Program-made: the position numbers and the translations under genes
Shown: positions 38,804 through 48,381 of the stretch, piece after piece
Numbering within the stretch: the stretch's first letter is position 1
Layout of the letters: every line of letters starts with the position of its first letter
Notes under the pieces: generated by a model
Seen by the model: only the letters and a program-made list of their open reading frames with translations
What the model was told of the DNA's origin: nothing
Database searches by the model: none
Assembly: GCA_965263035.1 (NCBI GenBank)
Contig: OZ253580.1
Coordinates: 3,840,001 to 3,904,000, forward strand
Length of the DNA stretch: 64,000 bases
Direction: 5' to 3'
DNA from: Acidobacteriota bacterium
GTDB lineage: Bacteria; Acidobacteriota; UBA6911; RPQK01; JAJDTT01

Positions 38804-40843
38804 GGGCTCGATTTTCGCGCCAACCGTGCCCACGGCGACGACCTCCTTGGCGACGCGTATGAGTATCTCATGCGGCACTTCGCGACCCAGTCGGGCAAGA
38901 GCAAGGGACAGTTCTACACCCCGGCTGAAGTCTCCCGCATCATGGCCCAGGTGATCGGGATCGGCCCGGACACCAAGCGGCGCCACACCGTGTACGATCC
39001 GACCTGCGGCTCCGGGTCGCTCCTCATCAAGGCGGCCGACGAGGCGTCGAACGGGCTGACCATCTACGGGCAGGAGATGGACGTCGCGACGTGGATGATG
39101 GCGCGCATTAACATGATCCTTCACGGACGCGTGGCCGCCGAGATCAAACGCGACAACACCCTCGCGGCCCCCCAATTTACGGACGGCCCGGAACGGCTCA
39201 CGCGGTTCGACTTCGCCGTCGCCAATCCCCCGTTCTCAATGAAGGCCTGGTCGAACGGCCTCGATCCGGCCCATGACGAATTCCGCCGCTTCGAGTACGG
39301 CGTCCCTCCGGCCAAGAACGGAGACTATGCCTTCCTGCTGCACCTCATCGCGTCGCTCAACAGCACCGGCAAGGGTGCAATCATCATGCCGCACGGGATC
39401 CTCTTCCGGGGCAACCGCGAGGCCGGCATCCGCCGCAATCTCGTCCAGCGCGGCCTGATCAAGGGAATCATCGGGCTGCCCGCCAACCTCTTCTACGGTA
39501 CCGGAATCCCGGCGTGCATCGTGGTGATCGACAAGGAGAGTGCGGTGGGGCGCCGCGGCATCTTCATGATCGACGCCAGCAAGGCCTTCCGGAAGGACGG
39601 AGCCAGGAACCGGCTTCGGGAACGCGACATTCACCGGATCGTGGATGTCTTCAACGGACAGAAGGAGACACTCGGATACGCGCGTATGGTGCCGCTGGCC
39701 GAGATCGCCAGCGAAGTCAACGACTACAACCTCAACATCCCCCGCTACATCGACTCCAGCGAACCCGAGGAGCTGCACGACCTGAGCGCGCACCTGCACG
39801 GTGGGATCCCGAACCGGGATATCTACGCCCTTGGCGCCTACTGGAAGGTGTTCCCGGCGTTGCGGCATCGGCTCTTCTCGCCGAACGGCCGGGAGGGGTA
39901 CAGCGACGCGCAGGTTCAAGCGGACGAGGTGAGATCAGTCGTCCTCGAACACGAGGAGTTCAAGGTATATGGGGACCGGGTGAGCCGGGTGTTTGATGGC
40001 TGGAGGCAGGAGCATGCGCCGCGCCTTCGGGCGCTTGCGGAAGGCGATTCCCCCAAGGCGCTGATCCGCGACCTATCGGAGGACCTGCTGAGCCGCTTCG
40101 CCGGTCTCCCGCTTCTCGACCGCTACGATGTCTACCAGTGCCTGATGGACTACTGGGACGAGGTCATACAGGACGACGTGTACTTGGTGGTGACGGGGGA
40201 GTGGGCGGACGCCGCGCGGCCTCGTGTGCTGGTGCCGGTTCGGGGCAAGGGTGCCGCGGTGCCGCCCGACCTGAAGGTGAACCGCAAGAAGTACAGGATG
40301 GATCTAGTCCCTCCAGGGCTGGTCGTCGCCCGGCACTTTGCAACGGAGCAGGCCGTCGCCCGGGAGCTGGAGGAGTTTATCGAAGAACATGGCAGTGAAG
40401 ACGGGCTGCTGGACGGCGCGACGACCGATGCTGGGAAGGTGACGCAAGCCGCGGTGAAGAAGCGGCTGAAGGAGGTGGTCGACGATCCTGAAGATCACGA
40501 GGAGCGTGACGCGTTGGAAGTGTGTCTTGAGTTGATCAAGGCGCACGGCGCCTCAAAGAAGGCCGTGAAGGCGGCGCAGACGAATCTGGATGAGAAGGTG
40601 CTCACGCGCTACACGACGCTGACCGCGGTGGAGATCGCCGAGCTCGTGGTTGACGACAAGTGGATAGCGAGCGTCGAGGGCGCGATCGGACGGGAGGTGG
40701 AACGCCTGACGGGTGGGCTGGTGGATCGGGTCAGGGTGCTGGAAAGGCGGTACGCGAAGCCGCTGCCTGAGCTTGCGCGTCAAGTTGGGGAGTTCGGTGC
40801 GAAGGTCGAGGGCCACCTGGAGCGGATGGGATTGTCGGTATGA
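38804..40843 (+). pseudogene. hsdM: Type I RM HsdM, 3' part
   Basis: Resumes GLDFRANRAHGDDLLGDAYEYL; GQFYTP, YDPTCGSG, NPPF (N6-adenine methyltransferase), YNLNIPRY. Confidence 0.93.
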
Positions 40844-41154
40844 GCCGGCTATTCGATTTTGAGCGGCTGGTGGAGCTGTGTCATGAGCGCCTCCTCTCCA
40901 AAGTCTCAGTACGGACGATTTCCGCAAATCTGTTGCGGATTTCCAGCAACCGGTCGATTCCGCAGACGGTGTCTGCGGAATCCCGTGAGGCGTCAGAGAT
41001 TCGACAGACGATGCCCGTCGAAACTCTTTCGCCAAGCCCGATGAGTGAGGCACCCAGTCTACTGAAGTTGAGCGAGCAGTTTCTCAAGGAAGGAACGTGT
41101 TCAAACCGCGAGGGTCCGCCAGGAGATCGGAAGAGGCGAGAGGGACACCCATGA
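40840..41154 (+). pseudogene. Probable remnant of a YhcG/DUF1016-like gene
   Basis: MSRLFDFERLVELC and QTVSAES..IRQT..LSEQF resemble the DUF1016 N-terminus and linker; coupled to the hsdM stop and hsdS start. Confidence 0.45.
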
Positions 41155-42431
41155 ATGTGGGGCAGGCGGTCAGAGATGCCCATGCACCGGAGGGTGCAGG
41201 CAACCCGCCGGATGTCCCGGCGGGGTACAAGCACACTGATGTGGGGGTGATTCCAGAGGATTGGGAGGTGGACAGAATCGATCAACATACGTTCATCAAG
41301 ACTGGCTCAAGGAATACGCAAGACAAGCGAGAGGGTGGAGAGTATCCGTTCTTTGTGCGATCTCAGGAAGTCGAGCGCATCGGCACCTATTCGTACGATG
41401 GCGAAGCCGTGCTGACGGCGGGTGATGGAGTCGGAACCGGAAAGGTGTTCCACTACGTCCGTGGCCGGTTTGACGTCTATCAACGGGTCTATCGGATTTC
41501 CGATTTTTCGGATTGGCTCGATGGGCTCTACTTCTTTTTCCAGTTCAGTGAGAGGTTTTACCGCCGCATCATGTCCATGACAGCGAAGTCTTCCGTCGAT
41601 TCCGTTCGGATGGAGATGATCGCGGGTATGAGGATTCCACTGCCGCCACCCTCCGAACAGCGCGCCATCGCCGCCGTCCTATCCGATGTTGACGAGCTGA
41701 TCGGATCGTTGGAAGCGCTGATCGCCAAGAAGCGGGCCACCAAGAAGGCCGCGATGCAGCAACTTCTGACGGGCAGGACGCGACTCCCGGGATTCAGCGG
41801 GAAATATGAGGCGCGACGGATCAACGAACTCGCTGACGTGGATCCCGAGAATCTACCCAGCGATACAGACCCAGGTTTCTTCTTCAACTACATTTCGCTG
41901 GATCACGTCGATGGTGGTCGACTAATTGGCTATTCAAGGGAGTCATTCGCGACCGCCCCGTCGCGCGCACGACGGGTACTGCGGGCCAGTGATGTACTTA
42001 TGTCAACAGTCCGGCCAGGTTTGCAGGGACACCTGATATTTGTCGACCAAGTGCCCAACGCCGTTTGCTCGACTGGGTTTGCAGTCCTTCGTTCAAAGCG
42101 AGACCGATGCGACCCTCGGTTCTTGTTTGCCCATTTGTTTGGCGATGTAGTGAGCGCTCAAGTGCAGAAGCTCCTTGCTGGCTCGAACTACCCCGCGGTC
42201 AACAGCGGTGATGTTGGCAGGCTTAGGGTCCCCTGTCCTCCTACTCTCCCCGAACAACGAGCCATCGCCACCGTCCTCTTCGACATGGACGCCGAGATCG
42301 TCGCGCTGGAGCGCCGACTCGACAAGACCCGCGCGATCAAGCAGGGGATGATGCAGCAGTTACTCACCGGTTCCATGAGGCTGCCCATCCCCGACGCCAA
42401 TACGGAAGACGACGACGCCCATGACGCCTGA
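41151..42431 (+). CDS. hsdS: Type I RM specificity subunit
   Basis: GVIPEDW, two target recognition domains each followed by EQRAIA..MQQLLTG conserved regions; lower GC. Confidence 0.95.
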   Translation: MNVGQAVRDAHAPEGAGNPPDVPAGYKHTDVGVIPEDWEVDRIDQHTFIKTGSRNTQDKREGGEYPFFVRSQEVERIGTYSYDGEAVLTAGDGVGTGKVFHYVRGRFDVYQRVYRISDFSDWLDGLYFFFQFSERFYRRIMSMTAKSSVDSVRMEMIAGMRIPLPPPSEQRAIAAVLSDVDELIGSLEALIAKKRATKKAAMQQLLTGRTRLPGFSGKYEARRINELADVDPENLPSDTDPGFFFNYISLDHVDGGRLIGYSRESFATAPSRARRVLRASDVLMSTVRPGLQGHLIFVDQVPNAVCSTGFAVLRSKRDRCDPRFLFAHLFGDVVSAQVQKLLAGSNYPAVNSGDVGRLRVPCPPTLPEQRAIATVLFDMDAEIVALERRLDKTRAIKQGMMQQLLTGSMRLPIPDANTEDDDAHDA

Positions 42432-43956
42432 GTCCCAGAACGTCGAGTGGAAGTCGTCCTGGCGGGACGAGTACCTGAAGTGGATCTGCGGTTTCGCCAA
42501 CGCCCAGGGCGGCGTCCTCGAGATCGGCCGGAACGACTGCGGCGAGGTCGTTGGGATCAGCGACGTTCTGCGCCTGCTCGAGGAGATTCCCAACAAGGCG
42601 CAGTCTCTCCTCGGCATCGTTGTCGATGTCGACCTGAAATCGGAGCACGGACGCGAGTACCTGCAGATCGCCGTCAAGCCCCATCCCAACCCGATCAGCT
42701 ATCGGGGCAAGTTCCACTATCGGTCCGGGAGTACAAGCCAGGTTCTTCGGGGCGCCTCGCTCACGCGCTTCCTGCTGGAACGGCAAGGGCGGACATGGGA
42801 CGACGGGGCGATGCCGGGGGTCCGCATGCGCGACTTGGACGGACACACGCTGGATGACTTCCGGGAACGCGCTTCCGTCAGCGGCCGCCTGAACCAGAAC
42901 ATTCTCCGCGCATCGGACTCCGAGGTCATCGAGAAGTTGCGCCTTCGCGAGGGCCGGCACCTGAAGCGCGCTGCCGTCCTGCTCTTCCACCCGGAGCCGG
43001 GCACCTTCTTTCGGGAAGCCTATCTCAAGATCGGGTACTTTCGCGGCGCCGACATCATCTACCAGGATGCGGTCGAAGGCGACCTCTTCTCCCAGGTCGA
43101 GCGTGCCATGGACCTGCTCTACTCCAAGTACTCGCGCGCTCTGATTTCGTACGATGGCGTTTACCGGGTCGAGACTCACCCCGTGCCCTACGAGGCCATG
43201 CGCGAAGCGGTCACAAACGCGGTCATCCATCGCGACTACGCAGTCCCCGTACCCATTCAGATCCGTGTCTATGACGACCGTGTGGCCATCTGGAATGCGG
43301 GGCGGCTCCCGAGGGGGTGGTCGCTGGAGAACCTGACCGGGGAGCACGCGTCACGGCCGTACAACCCGGCGATCGCGGACGCTTTCTTTCGCGCAGGCCT
43401 GATCGAAGCCTGGGGTCGCGGGATCCACCGGATCAGGCAGGCCTGTGAGGAAGCGGGTAACCCGGTGCCCCGTTGGCGGATCGAGCCCGGCGACGGTCTG
43501 TGGGTCGAATTCCCGTTTTCTGCCGCGTACCTGGCCGCAGACGCCCGGTTGCGCCGAGCGGAGGAACAGCCAGAAAACCGCCAGAAAACCACCAGAAAAG
43601 ACGGTCAACCGCCAGAAAAAGGCCAGAAAACCGCCGGAGAAGACCGGGAAGAGGCGTCCAGGGAGCCTGAAGACCACCAGAAACGAGCAGGATCAGCCAG
43701 AAAACCGCCAGAAAACCAGTCCCTCTACGACCGTATCCTCGCGCTTCTCCGTCGGCAGCCATCCGTCAGCCGCCGCGAAATGGCCGCCACGCTCGGCACC
43801 ACCACGTCCACCGTCCGGTACCGGCTGGACAAGTTGCGAGCGGCCGGGAAGATAGAGCGGGTCGGCCCCGACAAGGGCGGGTACTGGAAGGTGCTGGGCG
43901 GGTCCGGCACCGATCGCGATCCTTCTCCCGAACCCGGCTCCGGGAGCGCCCGATGA
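42421..43956 (+). CDS. Schlafen/AlbA_2 domain + RecG-C-like (HATPase_c_4) + C-terminal HTH protein
   Basis: ESQNVEWK, GFANAQGG..IG..D; REAVTNAVIHRDY, NP.IA..F, IEAWGRG; HTH ending R.GPDKGGYW. Confidence 0.9.
   Translation: MTPESQNVEWKSSWRDEYLKWICGFANAQGGVLEIGRNDCGEVVGISDVLRLLEEIPNKAQSLLGIVVDVDLKSEHGREYLQIAVKPHPNPISYRGKFHYRSGSTSQVLRGASLTRFLLERQGRTWDDGAMPGVRMRDLDGHTLDDFRERASVSGRLNQNILRASDSEVIEKLRLREGRHLKRAAVLLFHPEPGTFFREAYLKIGYFRGADIIYQDAVEGDLFSQVERAMDLLYSKYSRALISYDGVYRVETHPVPYEAMREAVTNAVIHRDYAVPVPIQIRVYDDRVAIWNAGRLPRGWSLENLTGEHASRPYNPAIADAFFRAGLIEAWGRGIHRIRQACEEAGNPVPRWRIEPGDGLWVEFPFSAAYLAADARLRRAEEQPENRQKTTRKDGQPPEKGQKTAGEDREEASREPEDHQKRAGSARKPPENQSLYDRILALLRRQPSVSRREMAATLGTTTSTVRYRLDKLRAAGKIERVGPDKGGYWKVLGGSGTDRDPSPEPGSGSAR
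43570..43717 (+). repeat. 11-bp tandem repeats (GCCAGAAAACC consensus) in the AlbA_2 gene linker
   Basis: Units at 43570, 43581, 43592, 43611, 43622, 43696 and 43707. Confidence 0.8.
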
Positions 43957-46900
43957 CTCCCGTCGGCGAGATCGAGGCTCGTACTCAACGCCGGGTCATT
44001 GACCACTTCCAGAACCACCTCGGCTACAAGTACCTGGGCAACTGGCACGACCGCCAGAATCGGAACATCGAAGCCGACTATCTCAGGAGATTTCTCGCGG
44101 ACCAGGGTCACGACCCCGCCATCATTTCCAAAGCGCTGGACAAACTGGACAAGGCCGCCGCTCTCGGCGGGGGCCGAACGCTCTACGGCGCCAACCGCGA
44201 CGTCTACGGTCTGCTCCGCTATGGTGCGAGAGTCCGTCCCGGACTCGGCGAACAGACGGTCACCGTCAACCTGATCGACTGGAAGGACCCGGCCGCCAAT
44301 GACTTCGCCATCGCCGAAGAAGTCACGGTGGAGGGCAACAACACCAAGCGGCCCGACATCGTGGTCTACGTCAACGGGATCGCTGTCGGGATGCTCGAAC
44401 TCAAGCGCTCGACCGTCTCGGTGGCGGAGGGGATCCGCCAGAATCTGGTCAACCAGAAGAGGGAATTCATCCGGCCGTTCTTCACCACCGTACAGCTCGT
44501 CATGGCGGGTAACGACACCGAAGGACTGCGCTACGGCGTGATCGGGACACCGGAGAAGCACTGGCTCCAGTGGAAGGAAGCCGGTACTGCTGCCCCCGAC
44601 ACCCCCACCTCCGCCCTCCTTCGCGAACTCGGCCACCTCTGCGTCCCCAATCGTCTGCTCGAACTCATCCACGATTTCGTGGTCTTCGACGCGGGCGTCA
44701 AGAAGATCTGCCGTCACAATCAGTACTTCGGCGTGAAGGCGGCCCGGGAGTACGTCCGCCGCCGCGAAGGCGGGATCATTTGGCACACTCAGGGCAGCGG
44801 GAAGAGCCTCACGATGGTGTGGCTGGCGAAGTGGATCCGTGAGCTCAAGGGAATTGATGGCCGCGTGCTCATCGTCACCGACCGCACCGAGCTCGACGAG
44901 CAGATCGAGATGGTGTTCAAGGGTGTGGACGAGGACATCTATCGCACGAGCAGCGGGGCCGATCTGGCCCAGGTCCTGCAGGGCGCCGACAAATCGCTGA
45001 TCTGTTCGCTCGTCCACAAGTTCGGCAGCTCCAAGGACGGAAACGTCGACCGCTACGTGGACGACCTCCGGGCCCACATGTCACGCGGTTTCCGGGCCGG
45101 GGGCGAGATCTTCGTCTTCGTGGACGAGTGTCACCGCACCCAGTCCGGCAAGCTGCACAAGGCCATGAAGGCGATCCTCCCCGGCGCCACGCTGATCGGC
45201 TTCACTGGAACGCCGCTCCTGAAGTCCGACAAGCAGCGTAGCATCGAGACTTTCGGCCCATACATCCACACCTACAAGTACGACGAGGCGGTAGGTGACA
45301 AGGTGGTTCTGGACCTGCGCTACGAGGCGCGCGACATCGACCAGAACATCACCTCGGAGGCGAAGATCGACCAGTGGTTCGACATCAAGACGAAGGGGCT
45401 CAGCGACCTGGCCCGCGCGCAGCTAAGGCAGAAGTGGGGCACCATGCGCAAGGTCACGAGCTCGCTCGACCGCATCCGAAAGATCGTGGACGACATCCTG
45501 ATCGACATGGAGACCCGGGACCGCCTGCAGAGCGGCCGAGGAAACGCCATGCTCGTATCCGACAGTGTCTACGCAGCCTGCCGCTTCTTCGAGGCGTTCA
45601 ATGGGACCGGGCTGAAGGGCAAGTGCGCCATCGTCACCTCCTACAGCCCGACGACACGGGACATCACGGGAGAGGAGACGGGCGAGGGCCTCACCGAGCG
45701 GTTGCTCAAGTACGATGTCTATCGAAATATGCTCGCGGACTATTTCGGCGAGCCCGCAGACAAGGCGATGCACAAGGCCGAGCAGTTCGAGCAGGAGGTC
45801 AAGAGGCGCTTCGTGAACGAGCCGGGGCAGATGAAGCTCCTGATCGTCGTGGACAAGCTGCTGACCGGCTTCGATGCGCCTCCGGCGACCTATCTCTACA
45901 TCGACAAGAAGATGCAGGATCACGGTCTCTTCCAGGCGATCTGCCGCGTCAACCGCCTGGACAGCGAGGACAAGGAGTACGGCTACATCATCGACTACAA
46001 GGACCTCTTCCGCTCGCTGGAGGGCGCGATCCAGGACTACACCGGCGAAGCGTTCGAGGGTTATGACCGGGAGGACGTGGAAGGCTTGTTGAAGGACCGC
46101 CTTGAACGGGGACGGGAGCGGTTGGAGGAAACCCGCGAGGCGGTGAAGGCGCTGTGCGAACCGGTCGAGCCGTCTCGCGACACGGAAGCGTACCTGCGCT
46201 ACTTCTGTCACGGCGGAACGGGTGACACGGCCCGGCAGCTTGCCGCCAACGAACGGAAGCGCCTCATGCTGTACAGGATGGTGGCGGCTTTCCTGCGCGC
46301 CTACGCCAACTTGGCCAACGAGATGATCGAGGCGGGTTACACGGAGGCCGAGCGACTCGAAATCAGGCACGAGGTGAGCCACTACGAAAAGGTTCGCCAG
46401 GAGGTCAAACTGGCCAGCGGCGACTACGTCGATCTCAAGATGTTCGAGCCCGCCATGCGGCACCTCCTCGACAACTACATCCGGGCCGACGACAGCAAGG
46501 TTCTTTCCGCGTTCAACGATTTGACGCTCGTAGACCTGCTCATCAAGGACGGGGAGAGCGCCGTCGATTCGCTTCCCGAAGGGATCCGGCGCAGCCACCG
46601 CGCCGTTGCCGAGACGATCGAGAACAACGTCCGCCGCCTGATCGTCGACGAGATGGCCGTGAATCCCAAGTATTACGAAAAGATGTCGGCGGTGCTCGAT
46701 GCGCTGATCAAACAGCGCAGGGAGGAAGCGATCGAGTACGAGGCGTACCTCAAGAAGGTCATCGAGCTCGCCGAAAAGGTGAGGGGCGGCGAAGCCGGTG
46801 GTTCACATCCGGCGAGCATCAACAACGGGGGACTGCGCGCAATTTACGACAATCTACCGGCCGAATTGCCGGCAGATCGCGTGGCCGAGCCGGGCGCGAG

Positions 46901-47105
46901 GTGGGAGCCGGATACCGGGACCGATCCCCGCGAAGTCGCGGCGCTGGCTGTCGATCGCGCAATCCAACAGGCCCGGATGGCCGATTGGCGTGGCCACCCC
47001 ATCAAGGAGAAGCGGATCGGCAGGGCGATCCGTGACGCACTCGGGCCCTTCAAGGCTTACACGAACACGATCTGCGGAATTGTGAAGGCCCGCAGTGAGT
47101 ACTGA
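43953..47105 (+). CDS. hsdR: Type I RM restriction subunit
   Basis: RPD..ELK nuclease motif, WHTQGSGKS, DECHR, FTGTP, LTGFD, QAICRVNR. Confidence 0.97.
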   Translation: MTPVGEIEARTQRRVIDHFQNHLGYKYLGNWHDRQNRNIEADYLRRFLADQGHDPAIISKALDKLDKAAALGGGRTLYGANRDVYGLLRYGARVRPGLGEQTVTVNLIDWKDPAANDFAIAEEVTVEGNNTKRPDIVVYVNGIAVGMLELKRSTVSVAEGIRQNLVNQKREFIRPFFTTVQLVMAGNDTEGLRYGVIGTPEKHWLQWKEAGTAAPDTPTSALLRELGHLCVPNRLLELIHDFVVFDAGVKKICRHNQYFGVKAAREYVRRREGGIIWHTQGSGKSLTMVWLAKWIRELKGIDGRVLIVTDRTELDEQIEMVFKGVDEDIYRTSSGADLAQVLQGADKSLICSLVHKFGSSKDGNVDRYVDDLRAHMSRGFRAGGEIFVFVDECHRTQSGKLHKAMKAILPGATLIGFTGTPLLKSDKQRSIETFGPYIHTYKYDEAVGDKVVLDLRYEARDIDQNITSEAKIDQWFDIKTKGLSDLARAQLRQKWGTMRKVTSSLDRIRKIVDDILIDMETRDRLQSGRGNAMLVSDSVYAACRFFEAFNGTGLKGKCAIVTSYSPTTRDITGEETGEGLTERLLKYDVYRNMLADYFGEPADKAMHKAEQFEQEVKRRFVNEPGQMKLLIVVDKLLTGFDAPPATYLYIDKKMQDHGLFQAICRVNRLDSEDKEYGYIIDYKDLFRSLEGAIQDYTGEAFEGYDREDVEGLLKDRLERGRERLEETREAVKALCEPVEPSRDTEAYLRYFCHGGTGDTARQLAANERKRLMLYRMVAAFLRAYANLANEMIEAGYTEAERLEIRHEVSHYEKVRQEVKLASGDYVDLKMFEPAMRHLLDNYIRADDSKVLSAFNDLTLVDLLIKDGESAVDSLPEGIRRSHRAVAETIENNVRRLIVDEMAVNPKYYEKMSAVLDALIKQRREEAIEYEAYLKKVIELAEKVRGGEAGGSHPASINNGGLRAIYDNLPAELPADRVAEPGARWEPDTGTDPREVAALAVDRAIQQARMADWRGHPIKEKRIGRAIRDALGPFKAYTNTICGIVKARSEY

Positions 47106-47838
47106 CAGGTACCACATGGATGTCAGCGGCATTCCCGTGGCAGTCATCCGCAAGGACATCAAGAACCTCCACCTGAGCGTCTATCCCCCCGAGGGCGAAG
47201 TACGCGTCTCGGCTCCGCTGCGCCTCGACGACGAAGCGATACGGCTGGCGGTGGTTTCGCGCCTGGGATGGATTCGGCGCAAACGTGCCGAGTTCGAGCA
47301 GCAAGACCGCCAATCCCGGCGCGACTTCGTGTCCGGTGAGAGTCACTACTTCGAGGGACGACGCTATCGTCTGGATGTGGTTGAATCGAGAGGCCCGGTC
47401 GGTATTCGCCTGCGCAACAATGCCTGGATGGAGATGCGCGTGCGCCCCGCCACCGGCCGCGACGCCCGCGAGGCCCTGCTCTACCGATGGTACCGGGCTC
47501 AGCTACGACAGCGCATCCCCGAGATGGTCGCCAAGTGGGAATCCCGGATCGGCGTGGATGTGGCCGACTGGCGCATCCGCCGCATGAAGACACGCTGGGG
47601 AAGCTGCAATGCCGGGGCTTGCCGCATCTGGCTCAACTCCGAGCTGGCCAAGAAGCCCCTGCCCTGCCTCGAATACGTCGTCGTCCACGAGATGGCCCAC
47701 CTCGCCGAACCGAGCCACAACGAGCGTTTCCGGGAGATCCTGGACCGCGTAATGCCGAGTTGGCGCCTGCGCGCCGAAGAGTTGAATCGCACTCATCTTG
47801 CCGACGAAGTCTGGGGGGAATTGCTGCCTGTCAGGTAA
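47095..47838 (+). CDS. YgjP/DUF45 (SprT-like) metallopeptidase associated with type I RM
   Basis: MKTRWGSC, YVVVHEMAHL, H..RF. Confidence 0.92.
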   Translation: MSTDRYHMDVSGIPVAVIRKDIKNLHLSVYPPEGEVRVSAPLRLDDEAIRLAVVSRLGWIRRKRAEFEQQDRQSRRDFVSGESHYFEGRRYRLDVVESRGPVGIRLRNNAWMEMRVRPATGRDAREALLYRWYRAQLRQRIPEMVAKWESRIGVDVADWRIRRMKTRWGSCNAGACRIWLNSELAKKPLPCLEYVVVHEMAHLAEPSHNERFREILDRVMPSWRLRAEELNRTHLADEVWGELLPVR

Positions 47839-47944
47839 CTCCGGGGCGAGCTGGATTCATCGTTCGGGGACAATAGGGGGAAAGGGATAACTCGCGACGG
47901 TTTGGAAAACTCCTCCCTCTAAGCGGGTACTCCGGGAGCACGTC

Positions 47945-48103
47945 GAGCTCCGCGGGGCCGGAACCGACGAATCTCCCCACTGTTACAAACGGCTGCCTGA
48001 AGTTCTGGAAGCGCATCGGGGCACCATCAGGATCCTGCACACGCTCGACCCCATCGGCGTGGCCATGGCCGGCGCGGACGAGTTCGATCCCTTCCGGGAT
48101 TGA
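47945..48103 (+). repeat. Right direct repeat (attR-like): displaced rtcB 3' end
   Basis: Encodes ELRGAGTDESPHCYKRLPEVLEAHRGTIRILHTLDPIGVAMAGADEFDPFRD-stop, with no start codon. Confidence 0.93.
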
Positions 48104-48151
48104 AGCGCCGGCGCCGATCGAGACGCCGCTTGCCGGGTCGTTAGTGTGTAA

Positions 48152-48308
48152 CAGTCCGTGGTGAAAGTCTCGCGAGCACCGAGACCGTTCCTGCGCCCGC
48201 CGGACAAGGCGCGATTCGGGAGCATACCGGGAGTATGTGAGAGATTACAACGCAGTCCGCCGGGATGCAGGGACGGTCGAATGCCGCGACGACTTTTGCC
48301 ACGGGCTG
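48152..48308. mobile_element. MITE family C, copy 2
   Basis: Same TIRs and internal hairpin as 28731-28888. Confidence 0.88.
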
Positions 48309-48381
48309 GTAACTCTCTCCCTTGTATTCTTGCAGCCGGGGCGGTAGTAAACTGGGCGGAGACCCGGGAAGGGGGTGTGCG

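Larger units (their letters stand above)
35562..48103. mobile_element. Defence genomic island inserted in the rtcB 3' end
   Basis: 159-bp direct repeats flank the type I RM, AlbA_2 and peptidase genes; no integrase inside. Confidence 0.8.

Noticed and set aside
47839-47944. Integrase or tRNA at the island's right boundary
   Set aside because: Only about 100 bp of non-coding DNA, with no recombinase ORF or cloverleaf recognised
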